Part shown: positions 38,149-47,289 of the stretch, in pieces
Position numbering within the stretch: the stretch's first letter is position 1
Layout of the letters: every line of letters begins with the position of its first letter
Notes under the pieces: model-generated
What the model was told of the DNA's origin: nothing
The model's input: only the letters and a program-made list of their open reading frames with translations
The model's database searches: none
From: an uncultured delta proteobacterium
GTDB lineage: Bacteria; Myxococcota_A; Polyangia; Polyangiales; Polyangiaceae
Assembly (NCBI GenBank): GCA_963841435.1
Contig: CAWJCS010000004.1
Coordinates: 224,001 to 288,000, forward strand
DNA length: 64,000 nt
Reading direction: 5' to 3'
Position numbers and translations under genes: made by a program

Positions 38149-38937
38149 ATGCGTCGAGCGCCCTCGGTTTCATGGGCTTTCGTCACCCGGAGAGCCTTTC
38201 GGGCGCTGTGCAGCGCGGCGCTCGTCGGTTTCCTCGCGCCGGTGGTGCTCACCGGCTGCGAGGAGCGCCATGCCGCGAGCTGCAAGGCCGAGTGCGACGT
38301 GCGCGGTGCCTGCACGGCGAAGAGCGGGCGCTGCGTCGCCACCGACGCCGAGGACTGCACCCGCTCCAAGGACTGCGCGCAGAAGGGGCGCTGTGTGCTC
38401 TCCGGGGAGAGCTGCGTCGCGACACCCGAGCACTGCGCCGCGTCGCCCGCTTGCAGGGACGAGGGCAAATGCGGCGTGTGGCAGGGCGCCTGCGCTCCGA
38501 CGAGCAATGCACATTGCGCGGCGACGGAGGGCTGCCGCACCGACGGCCGTTGCACCGCGCAGGACGGCATCTGCATCCCGCGGGGCGACGACTGTCTCCG
38601 GGCGGAGACCTGCACGCGGTTCGGCCGCTGCGGGGCCGACGGCAGCACGTGCTTCACGGCGTCGTCGAAGCATTGCGAGATGGGGGAGCTTTGCCGGATG
38701 CAGGGCTATTGCACCTACGTTAACGGAAAGTGCGAGCTCACGTCGCGCGCCGACTGCGAAAAGACGGATGGCTGCCGTTCGCTCGGCACCTGCACCTTCG
38801 TCGGCGACACGCAAAAGAGCAGTCTGCGTGCCACCCCCGGCTGTGTCGTCGGCTCGAACGCGGACTGCCGTCAGGCGAAGGCGTGCAAGGAAAACGGAGC
38901 GTGCCGCAAGGGCAAGTCGGGCTGCACGCGCTACTAG
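38149..38937 (+). CDS. Cys-rich repeat lipoprotein (8 four-Cys repeats)
   Basis: Lipobox LTGC; unit C-x5-C-x3-G-x-C-x6-C repeated eight times with minor variation. Confidence 0.8.
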   Translation: MRRAPSVSWAFVTRRAFRALCSAALVGFLAPVVLTGCEERHAASCKAECDVRGACTAKSGRCVATDAEDCTRSKDCAQKGRCVLSGESCVATPEHCAASPACRDEGKCGVWQGACAPTSNAHCAATEGCRTDGRCTAQDGICIPRGDDCLRAETCTRFGRCGADGSTCFTASSKHCEMGELCRMQGYCTYVNGKCELTSRADCEKTDGCRSLGTCTFVGDTQKSSLRATPGCVVGSNADCRQAKACKENGACRKGKSGCTRY

Positions 38938-39099
38938 CGCCGCGCCGGGCGCCGCCGCGGTGCGGAGCAGCAGCGGACGGGCCGGCGCTCGGGGTGCGGT
39001 GAATTTTCGCAGGGCGCGCCTTGGCGCGCCCCGGAGCTCGCCGGGGCGACCCGGCGCGGGGGCTTGACGGACGCTCGCCGCGCGACGAGAGATTCGCCG

Positions 39100-40377
39100 G
39101 TGATTTCCAACCTCGAACCGCAGGTCACGCTGCCGTGGCTCGTCAAGCTTCGCTGGCTCGCGGTGCTCTGCCAGGTCGCCGCCCTCGCCGTAGCGCGCTG
39201 GGGTCTCGAGCTGCCCGTCGCCTGGGAACCGTTCGCCTGGATCGCCGGAGTGACGGCGGCTTCCAATGCCTTGCTTTTCTGGTCCGTGAGGCGAGCGCTG
39301 CTCGAGCGTGCTTCGGCCACCTTGATGGGTGGAGCGCTCTGCCTCGACACACTGCTGCTCACGGGTCTGCTCGCGGCCTCCGGTGGATCGATGAACCCGT
39401 TCACGGTGCTCTATCTGGTTCACATCACGCTGTCGGCGGTCGTCTTGAGCGCCCGCTGGACGACGCTCGTCACGCTGCTCGCCGTCCTCGGCTACGGCTC
39501 GCTGTTCCTGACGCCCGTTGACGCGCACGCGTTCCACCACGGCGATGGCCCGCTCGGCGCCCACTTGCACGGCATGTGGATCGCTTTCGTGCTCGCGGCC
39601 GGCCTCACCGCCTTCTTCGTGCTCCGCATCACGGCCGCGGTACGAAGGCAGCACGAGCAGCTCGCGAGGCTGCGTGAAAGCAGCGCCCGCAACGCGCGCC
39701 TCGCCTCACTCACGACGCTGGCGGCGGGAGCGGCCCACGAGCTTGGCACGCCGCTCGGAACGATCGCCGTCGCCGCCCACGAAGCGCTACTCGCGGCGGA
39801 GCGGCGGCCGGACGCCGCCGACCTCGCCGAGGACCTCCGCTTGATTCTGCTCGAAGTCGAGCGCTGCCAGCACGTGCTCGGTCGGATGGCGGCCCGCGCG
39901 AGCGGCTCGAACGACGGCGGACGGACGGTGAGGGCGGACGAGCTCGCGTCCCGGGTGCAGCAGGCCCTCGGAGCAGCGCGCGCTCGCCACGTCGAGCTGC
40001 GGTTTGCCGATCGCCTCGAGCTCGACGCGCCCGCCGCCGAGCTCACGCAGACGATCACGGCGCTCGTCCAAAACGGCCTCGACGCCTGTCCGGGCGACGC
40101 CTCGGTCACCGTCGAGCTATCGAGCAGCGCAACGGGCGTCGAGGTTTCCGTCGAGGATCGGGGCAGCGGCATCCCGGACGCGCTCTTGCAACGCGTGGGC
40201 GAGCCGTTTTTCACGACCAAGCAGCCGGGGCGCGGGCTCGGCCTCGGGGTGTTCTTGGCGCGTGCCTTCGCCGAGAGTCGCGGCGGCGTGCTGCTCATCG
40301 AATCCCGCGAAGGCAGCGGCACGCGGGCGACGCTGCGCCTGCCCAGCTCGTCTCCGGCGACGGCGGAGGCATCGTGA
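39100..40377 (+). CDS. regB: RegB/PrrB/ActS family sensor histidine kinase
   Basis: LRWLA, GGSMNPF quinone-binding motif, HLHGMW, AAHELGTPL, ERC redox Cys, EPFFTTK, GLGLG. Start 39064 or 39100. Confidence 0.85.
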   Translation: MISNLEPQVTLPWLVKLRWLAVLCQVAALAVARWGLELPVAWEPFAWIAGVTAASNALLFWSVRRALLERASATLMGGALCLDTLLLTGLLAASGGSMNPFTVLYLVHITLSAVVLSARWTTLVTLLAVLGYGSLFLTPVDAHAFHHGDGPLGAHLHGMWIAFVLAAGLTAFFVLRITAAVRRQHEQLARLRESSARNARLASLTTLAAGAAHELGTPLGTIAVAAHEALLAAERRPDAADLAEDLRLILLEVERCQHVLGRMAARASGSNDGGRTVRADELASRVQQALGAARARHVELRFADRLELDAPAAELTQTITALVQNGLDACPGDASVTVELSSSATGVEVSVEDRGSGIPDALLQRVGEPFFTTKQPGRGLGLGVFLARAFAESRGGVLLIESREGSGTRATLRLPSSSPATAEAS

Positions 40378-40913
40378 CCACGTTGACGAAGCTCACCTAC
40401 CTCGTCGTCGACGACGACGAGCGCTTCCGGGATCGCCTCGTCCGGGCGCTGGCCCAGCGGGGTCACGACGTGCTTTCGGCAGCAAGCCACGCGACGGCGA
40501 TCGAGTGTGCCGCCGCGCACCCGATCGATCGCGCGATCGTCGATCTTCGCATGCCGGGTCCGAGCGGGCTCGAGGTCGTGCGCGCACTCTGCGCCCGCGA
40601 TGCTCCTCCCGTCGTGGTGGTGCTCACGGGCTACGGGAGCATCGCGACGGCCGTGGAGGCGATTCGGCTCGGCGCCAAGGACTATCTCACGAAGCCCTGT
40701 CACGCCGATCGCATCCTTGCCGCCTTCGACGCCGAGGAAGAGCTCGTCGAGCCCCCCGCGTTCGAGATCCCATCACTTGCCCGCCTCGAGCGCGAGCACA
40801 TCGAGCGCGTTCTGCTCGAGTGCGACGGCAACGTCTCGAAGAGCGCGCGCGTGCTCGGGCTGCACCGCCGGACCTTGCAGTACAAGCTCGCGAAATTCCC
40901 CGTTTCGCGCTGA
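40374..40913 (+). CDS. regA: RegA/PrrA/ActR family response regulator
   Basis: LVVDDD, VDLRM, LTGYGSIATAVEAI, EREHIERVL..GNVS.SAR.LGLHRRTLQ.KL. Confidence 0.9.
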   Translation: MTTLTKLTYLVVDDDERFRDRLVRALAQRGHDVLSAASHATAIECAAAHPIDRAIVDLRMPGPSGLEVVRALCARDAPPVVVVLTGYGSIATAVEAIRLGAKDYLTKPCHADRILAAFDAEEELVEPPAFEIPSLARLEREHIERVLLECDGNVSKSARVLGLHRRTLQYKLAKFPVSR

Positions 40914-40930
40914 GCGGCGCGCCCGCTGTC

Positions 40931-40947
40931 TGCGCAAGAATGCCGCA
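40931..40947. promoter_or_regulatory. Possible RegA-type binding site TGCGCAAGAATGCCGCA
   Basis: Resembles the GCGNC-N5-GNCGC box of RegA/RegR; lies between regA and the cytochrome gene. Confidence 0.4.
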
Positions 40948-40982
40948 CGGCCCTCGCTCCGGAAGCGTGCGAGAAGCGCGGC

Positions 40983-41384
40983 ATGCCATCCGCTCGTGTT
41001 CGATTCGCGGCAGCCGTGCTGCCCGTGCTCACGCTGGTGCTTTCCAGTTGCGGAGGCGGTGACGATGAAGAGGGTGGCCCGAGCGGCGCCACCTGCCCCG
41101 AGTCCTCCGCGCTCACCTACGAGAGCTTCGGCCGCGGCTTCATGGCGGCCTACTGCACGCGCTGCCACTCGGCGTCGCTCTCCAGCAGCGACCGCAATGG
41201 CGCTCCGAGCGACCACAACTTCGACACGCTCGAGGGGATCCTCGACACGCCCGCCGAGCACCTCGACGAGCAGGCCGCCTCGGGCCCCGCGCACACCAAC
41301 ACGTCGATGCCGCCGGACGGTCCTGCGCCGAGCTTGGAGCAGCGCAGCAAGCTCGGCGAATGGCTCGCGTGCGGTACACCGTAG
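40983..41384 (+). CDS. Monoheme cytochrome c lipoprotein
   Basis: Lipobox LSSC, CTRCH heme motif, distal MPP. Confidence 0.85.
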   Translation: MPSARVRFAAAVLPVLTLVLSSCGGGDDEEGGPSGATCPESSALTYESFGRGFMAAYCTRCHSASLSSSDRNGAPSDHNFDTLEGILDTPAEHLDEQAASGPAHTNTSMPPDGPAPSLEQRSKLGEWLACGTP

Positions 41385-42196
41385 CTCTGCGCCGCTCGGG
41401 TGCTCCCGGTCGCGTGAGCGTGGCGTTGCTCGCCGTCGGTCTGGTCGCCGAGCCTTCCCCAGCGAGTGCCCAGAGTTGCCACCCGAGCGCGCTCGCGGAT
41501 CCGGAGCGCGTGGGGGCGACGGTCACCCTGCGCGAGGAGAGTGCAGTCTTTCGCACGGAGCGTTACGAGGGCCACTACGAGGGCCTGGTGCTCGGGGGAG
41601 GCTTCGCGTCGTCGCGATGGTCCGCGAGCGTCGCCTTTCCCGCCTACCGGCTGGTGAGAAACGGCCAGCGGCTCATGGGCCCGGGCGACATGGCGCTCGG
41701 CGCGAGCGCGGAGGTGCTTCGTTCCGCGCCGGCCGACTCGCACCTCGGCCTCGCGTTCATGTCGACGCTTCCGACGGGAAGCGCGAAGGAGGATCTTGGC
41801 ATGGGGCACACCATGCTCATGCCGGGCCTGTTCGGCGATGTCCGCCGGGGTCGCCTGCGCGCCGACGCCGGCCTCGCGTACGGCACCGCCGTCGGCGCGA
41901 GCGGCGACCACGCCGGGCACGTTCACGGCTCGAGCCCGCTCGTTGACCCCATGAATCGCTCGGAGGTCGCCCTTTCGCTCGGCGCGTCCCTTCGAGCTTC
42001 CGACGGCTTTGGCCTGCACGTCGCCATGCGGGGTGCGGTGCCGGTGGGCAGCGAGCCCGGAGCCGCTCGGGGCATCCTCGCCCTTGGCGTGACGGCGGCC
42101 GAAGGCCCAGTCGGCACGAGCGTGGGAGTCGAGCTCCCCGTCGTGGGCGCGCCGTTTTCGTCGAAGCTGGTGCTCGAGCTCGTCGTGCGGCCCTGA
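41360..42196 (+). CDS. Putative outer-membrane beta-barrel, His/Met-rich
   Basis: Signal peptide ending ASA-QSCH; amphipathic strands; LPTG..LGMGHTMLMPG; DHAGHVHG loop. Start uncertain. Confidence 0.65.
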   Translation: MARVRYTVALRRSGAPGRVSVALLAVGLVAEPSPASAQSCHPSALADPERVGATVTLREESAVFRTERYEGHYEGLVLGGGFASSRWSASVAFPAYRLVRNGQRLMGPGDMALGASAEVLRSAPADSHLGLAFMSTLPTGSAKEDLGMGHTMLMPGLFGDVRRGRLRADAGLAYGTAVGASGDHAGHVHGSSPLVDPMNRSEVALSLGASLRASDGFGLHVAMRGAVPVGSEPGAARGILALGVTAAEGPVGTSVGVELPVVGAPFSSKLVLELVVRP

Positions 42197-42226
42197 CCTC
42201 GACTTGGCCCCCGCCGCGCCGCGAGG

Positions 42227-43144
42227 GTGTATGAGGAGCCGTTGACCCAGAAGCCCAGGCCGGAGCCCTCGAAGCTCGACTACGAGATCCGCGTGGTCGG
42301 CGCGCCACGCACACCGCTGCGCGATTTTTATCACGCCTTGCTCCGGCTTTCGTGGGCCGCCACGCTGGGCGTCGTGGCGGGCGGGTACTGCGTGGTCAAT
42401 GCGCTGTTCGCCCTGATCTATCTCGAGGTGGGCGGCATCGCGAACGCGCGCCCGGGGTCGTTCGCCGACGCCTTTTACTTCAGCGTCGAGACCATGGGCA
42501 CCATCGGTTACGGCGTGATGGCGCCCCAAACGGACGCCGCGAACGTGCTCATGGTCGTCGAATCGACGCTCGGGCTCGTGCTCACGGCTCTCGCCACGGG
42601 CCTCGTGTTCGCGAAGTTCTCGCGCCCCACGGCGCGCCTGATGTTCTCGCGGCGTGCCACGATATCCCCGATGAACGGGGTGCCCACGCTCGCGTTCCGC
42701 CTCGGCAATCTGCGCAAGAATCTCATCGTCGAAGCCACGGTACGCGTGAGCCTGGTGCGGACCGAACGCACGCTCGAGGGTAAGGATTTCTACCGCATGC
42801 TCGACCTGAAGCTGGCCCGCGATCACATCCTGTCTTTGAGTCGCGCCTGGACGGTGCTCCACGCCATCGACGAAGCGAGCCCCCTCCACGGCGACACGCC
42901 GGATTCGCTCGCACGCGACGGCGTGGAGATCCTCGTGACAGTGAGTGGCATGGACGATACCTGGATGCAGATCGTCCACGCGAGCCACCGCTACCTGGAC
43001 AAGGACATCGCGTTCGGCGCTCGCCTCTCGGACGTGCTGACCGACGAGGGCGCCATCCTCACGCTCGATCTCACCCGCTTCGACGCGGTCGAGCCCACCG
43101 AGCCGACCGAGTCGTTTCCGTTCCCCCGCGCCAAGGCTCAGTGA
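42227..43144 (+). CDS. Inward-rectifier potassium channel (KirBac)
   Basis: DFYH, FYFSVETMGTIGYG filter, GLVFAKFSRP, NGVPTL.FR..N.R, WTVLHAIDEASPL. Confidence 0.93.
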   Translation: MYEEPLTQKPRPEPSKLDYEIRVVGAPRTPLRDFYHALLRLSWAATLGVVAGGYCVVNALFALIYLEVGGIANARPGSFADAFYFSVETMGTIGYGVMAPQTDAANVLMVVESTLGLVLTALATGLVFAKFSRPTARLMFSRRATISPMNGVPTLAFRLGNLRKNLIVEATVRVSLVRTERTLEGKDFYRMLDLKLARDHILSLSRAWTVLHAIDEASPLHGDTPDSLARDGVEILVTVSGMDDTWMQIVHASHRYLDKDIAFGARLSDVLTDEGAILTLDLTRFDAVEPTEPTESFPFPRAKAQ

Positions 43145-43992
43145 TAAAGCTCGAGCTCGGCGAGCTTGGCTCGCGCATCGAGCGCGTGCGAGCTCTTGGG
43201 AAAGCGGCGAATGAAGGCGCGAAACGAGGTCTTCGCGTCGTTGTAAGCCTGCATGTCGGCCTGCGCCGTCGCGAGCAGGAACGTCGCGTCGTCCATGACC
43301 TCGCGATCGGCCGACGCTTCGGAGAGAGCGACCAGCATGGGGATGGCGTCGCGCTGCAAGCCGAGGTTGATGAGCGCGCGGGCGAGCTCGTAACTCGCGC
43401 TCGGTGAGTGCGCGGCGTCGCTCTTGTACGCGAGCGACTCGCGCAGCTGCTGTGCCGCTTCCTGCCAGCGACCCATGCGAGCATGGTCGATGCCGGTCTG
43501 GTAGGCGATGAGCGACAGCTCCTCGCGAGCGCGCGCGGCGGCGGCCTCGAACACGGCGCGCTCGGTCGGCGTGAGCTCGGCCTTGGCCACCTCGGGAAAG
43601 CCGTCGATGATCTCGCGGCGCTTGTTGTCTACGATGAGCTTGTAGAAGTCGGACGCCTGGCGCCGCGCGTGGAGCTCCGCCTCCTCGGTTTGCGCGGCGG
43701 CTTTCTGCTGCTTCTCGAGCTGCGCCACGCGCGTCTGGGCGTCGCGCGTTTCGGCGCGCACCGTGTCGAGGCGGATGTCCCAGGCGAGCTTCACGAAGCC
43801 GAGCACTACGGCAATCGTGACGGCGTAGGCCGTGGCAGTGTTCACGAAGAGGCGCCGTTCCTGCGTCTGGTGGCGCTTGGCGATGCTCTTCACGTCCGAC
43901 GCGAGCGCGTTGACCAGGTTGTTGGTCTTGATGGAGAGCGAGCGGCTCTCGACGATTTCGCGCTTGATCTCCTCGAGGTCGACCTCGTCCAT
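43138..43992 (-). CDS. Membrane-anchored coiled-coil/TPR protein (CpoB/BamD-like C-terminus)
   Basis: One TM helix, coiled coil, TPR repeats, FIRRFPKS. Confidence 0.8.
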   Translation of the reverse strand: MDEVDLEEIKREIVESRSLSIKTNNLVNALASDVKSIAKRHQTQERRLFVNTATAYAVTIAVVLGFVKLAWDIRLDTVRAETRDAQTRVAQLEKQQKAAAQTEEAELHARRQASDFYKLIVDNKRREIIDGFPEVAKAELTPTERAVFEAAAARAREELSLIAYQTGIDHARMGRWQEAAQQLRESLAYKSDAAHSPSASYELARALINLGLQRDAIPMLVALSEASADREVMDDATFLLATAQADMQAYNDAKTSFRAFIRRFPKSSHALDARAKLAELELYH

Positions 43993-44180
43993 GACTTCAG
44001 GCTCACCGTATTGCCCGGGCTCGTGGGCTGCAACCGGCCCTCCCGGCGCCACCTGGGCGCCCTTCACGGCACGGGAGCGGTCGTCGCTCGCCAAGCCGCC
44101 CGGTTTGATGTAGATGGCGGTCCCGAGTAGCCCGGGCCGGTGGTGGCCTGGCGTCACAAAGGCCCCTCGGCGAGGCAAGT

Positions 44181-44744
44181 ATGGACACGAGTGACATCAG
44201 GAAAGGTCTAAAGCTCTTGATGGACGGCCAGCCCTTCGTGGTGACCGACTTTCAGTTCGTGAAGCCCGGAAAAGGGCAGGCTTTCACTCGCACCAAGCTG
44301 AAGAACATGCTCACGGGCGGCACCATCGAGCGCAACATCCGTTCGGGTGAGAAGCTCGTGGCCGCGGACGTGGAAGATCGCACGCTGCAGTTCATCTACC
44401 CCGAGGGGGACATGTACGTGTTCATGAACCCGCAGACGGGCGACCAGGTGAGCGTGCACAGAGACGCCGTCGGCGACGAGGCGGGCTTCTTGATCGACGG
44501 CATCGACGTGACCATTACCATCTACAACGGCAACCCGGTCAGCATCTCGCTGCCGCCGCACGTCGTCGTGCAGGTCGTCGAAACGGAGCCCGGCGCCCGC
44601 GGCGACACCGCCACCAACGTCCTGAAGCCCGCGAAGCTCACGACCGGCGCGACCGTGCCCGTCCCGCTCTTCGTCAACGAGGGCGACTGGATCAAGGTCG
44701 ACACGCGCACGCGCTCCTACCTCGAGCGCTCCAAAGGGCCCTAG
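44181..44744 (+). CDS. efp: Elongation factor P
   Basis: VKPGKGQAF, PGARGDTA, KPA.L.TG...VPLF...GD.IKVDTR. Confidence 0.97.
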   Translation: MDTSDIRKGLKLLMDGQPFVVTDFQFVKPGKGQAFTRTKLKNMLTGGTIERNIRSGEKLVAADVEDRTLQFIYPEGDMYVFMNPQTGDQVSVHRDAVGDEAGFLIDGIDVTITIYNGNPVSISLPPHVVVQVVETEPGARGDTATNVLKPAKLTTGATVPVPLFVNEGDWIKVDTRTRSYLERSKGP

Positions 44745-44754
44745 CACGAGGCTG

Positions 44755-46498
44755 TTAGAGCCCGCTCGTCGCGAGCAGCACCCGGCCCGACTGCACGCAC
44801 GCGACGCGCTGCCCGCCGTTGGCGACCACGCAATCCTCGAGCGCCTCGGGGTCCACGCCCGCGCCGAGCCCGAGCACCCGATGCGAAAGCCCGTCGACGA
44901 GCAGTCCGAAGGGTGTCGGCGCGACGAGCCAGGCGCCGTCGGGTGACCGTGCCGTACCGCGCGGCCAGCGCGGAACGGGTCCCGGATCGCCGATCAACAT
45001 CGGGCCGACCAGCACGGACAAGCCGCTGCCGAGGGCGGCGGGGCGGGCGACCTTCTGGGGCGCGCGCGGCGCACGCCCGCACGCTCCGGGGCGCGGCGCG
45101 AGCAGCGTGGTGACGCTCGGCGGGCCGCCGTCGAAAAATAGCGTCGCCTCGCTGCGGTCGCACGAATAAACGACGCTGAGGAACGAGCGCCCTTCGAGGC
45201 GAAGCTCGAGCGGTTCGAGCGGTGTCGCCGGCTCGACGGGCGTCACGGTGCCGCGGCCATCGACGCGCACGAGGCCGTCGGCCGTGCGCACGAGCAGCGA
45301 CCCGTTGACGTTGAAGGCGAGTGGGCTAAGGTGCGGGGTCGCCGGCGCGACCGGGTGAACGTTGACGAACATCGTCTTGGCGGCGACCGGGTCGATGGCG
45401 TCGAGCACCTCGCGCTGGAGACGCTTGCTCAGCGCGGCGCTCGTCTTCTCGAAATACCAGCCGTCGCGGGCGAGCACGCCGAACGCCTCGCGCACGCGTC
45501 CGAGCGCGAGGTTTGCTTCGAGCTCGGCGCTCGTCAAAAGAATCGAGCGTCTTGCCGAGCGGGCCGCAGGGAATCGACGCGCCGTCCGCGTCGAACAAGC
45601 GCGGTGTCGCGCCTTCGCCACACAGCGTCGCCATGAGGCGCCGTGTCGCGTCGACGCGCGAAAGCACGTCGTCGGCCGTTTTTTTGGACTTCGCGCGCGC
45701 GGCCTCGACCCCGGCCAGGCGCTCGAGCGCCTGGTGCGGCTCGGCGGGCTCGCGGGCGGGACCCGCCGCGCGATCGAGCCAGACCAGAGGGACGGCGGCC
45801 TTGGGCCCGCGCTCGGTGCCGACACTTACCGTGAACGACACGTCGTCCCTGCCGTCGCCGTCGCGGTCGCTCGTGTCGCTCGAGAGCTCGAGCGTCTCCC
45901 CCGGTGCCGCGGCCGCGATGCGCAGCGCGAGCAAGAGGGGGCGCTCCGCCGCTGGCGCGAAGGCGAGCACTGCCCCCAGGGGCGAGCGCTCGATGAGCGG
46001 CGTCTCGCAGCGCGCGCGCGCGTCGAGCGTCACGCTCTGTGCCCCGGTGCGCAGAAGCTTCGGCTCGAGCGCACAGCCCGGGCCGCTCGGAACGTAACCT
46101 GGCAGGCTTCCGAGCCGCCTCGGCTCACCGACCGCCGGAAACGACCAGAGCTCGCCGGCCCTCTGCGCGCCGCCGTCGGCCTCGGCGAAAAGGAGGGCGA
46201 CGCGATCGTCGGGGCCGTCTCCCGCGGCAAGCCCGAGCGAGAAAACGAGGCCCGGCGGCGCCGAGAGCTCCCGCCCCGACACGGTAAAGCGCGTGGCGTG
46301 CTCGGGTGCCAGCTCCGCTTTCTGGCGCGTGGCGTCGAGCTCGCTCGTGCTCGCGCTCGGGCTGGGCGCCGGGGCGCTGTCGCTCGCCGCAGGCAGCGCC
46401 GTTTGCACGCCGAAAGGTGTGTACGGCTTGTCCTCGCTGCAGCCTCGGCAGGAGCCGGCGAGCAGGCCGAGGCACGCGGCGGCGAAACGCAGGCGCAT
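44755..46498 (-). CDS. Exported hypothetical protein (probable lipoprotein); frameshift near 45537
   Basis: Signal peptide with SCRGC; DRDGDGRDD Ca-loop-like motif; two ORFs join if one base of the A4 run at 45536-45539 is removed. Confidence 0.7.
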
Positions 46499-47289
46499 CA
46501 GGTGCCGTCGAACTTCGGCGGGCGCTTCTCCACGAAGGCGTGCGTGCCTTCGCGGGCGTCGTGGGACGCAAACAGCGCGCCGAACGCTTCGGTCTCGAGC
46601 TCGCACGCGGTCGTGAGGTCGACGCCGGCGCCGCGCAGCATGAGTCGCTTGCTCGCGGCAACGGCAAGCGGCGCCTTCTTTGCGATCGTCCGCGCGACGG
46701 CGCTGGTGCGCTCCATCAGCTCGGCGTGCGGCACGACCTCGTTGACGAGCCCGATCGCCTTGGCTTCGATCGCGTCGATGGCGCGGCCGGTGAAGACCAG
46801 CTCGCGGGCGCGAGCGATGCCCACGCGGCGCAAGAGCCGCTGCGTGCCGCCGAAGCCCGGCACGAGGCCGAGCCCCACTTCGGGCTGGCCGAAGCGCGCG
46901 CGCTCCGAGGCGTAGATGAAGTCGCAAGAAAGCGCGAGCTCGGCGCCGCCGCCCAGCGCGAAACCGTTGACGGCCGCGATGACCGGGAACGGCGCCTCCT
47001 CGAGCGTGCGTCCGACGCGCTGGCCGTGCTGGCTGAGCGCGCGCGCCTCCTCGGCGCTCAGCGTCGAAAGCTCGGCTACGTCGGCGCCCGCGGCGAAGGC
47101 CCTGTCGCCCGCGCCCGTGACGATGACGGCGCGGGGGCGCGTCGCGACGGGTCGTCGGGCGAGCTCGGCCACGGCGCTCCCGACGCTGCCGAGCAACTCG
47201 CGGTTCAGGGCGTTGAGCTTGTCGGGGCGGTTCAGGGTGAGGATCGCGAGCGGACCGTCCTCGCCGACGAGCAGGATTGGCGCGCTCAT
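46498..47289 (-). CDS. Enoyl-CoA hydratase (crotonase)
   Basis: LNRPDKLNALN, AFAAGAD, NGFALGGGAEL, GQPEV.LG..PGFGGTQRL. Confidence 0.95.
   Translation of the reverse strand: MSAPILLVGEDGPLAILTLNRPDKLNALNRELLGSVGSAVAELARRPVATRPRAVIVTGAGDRAFAAGADVAELSTLSAEEARALSQHGQRVGRTLEEAPFPVIAAVNGFALGGGAELALSCDFIYASERARFGQPEVGLGLVPGFGGTQRLLRRVGIARARELVFTGRAIDAIEAKAIGLVNEVVPHAELMERTSAVARTIAKKAPLAVAASKRLMLRGAGVDLTTACELETEAFGALFASHDAREGTHAFVEKRPPKFDGT

Noticed and set aside
44000-44180. 6S or SRP RNA
   Set aside because: Lacks the SRP domain IV motif and recognisable 6S consensus; kept only as a low-interest structure.
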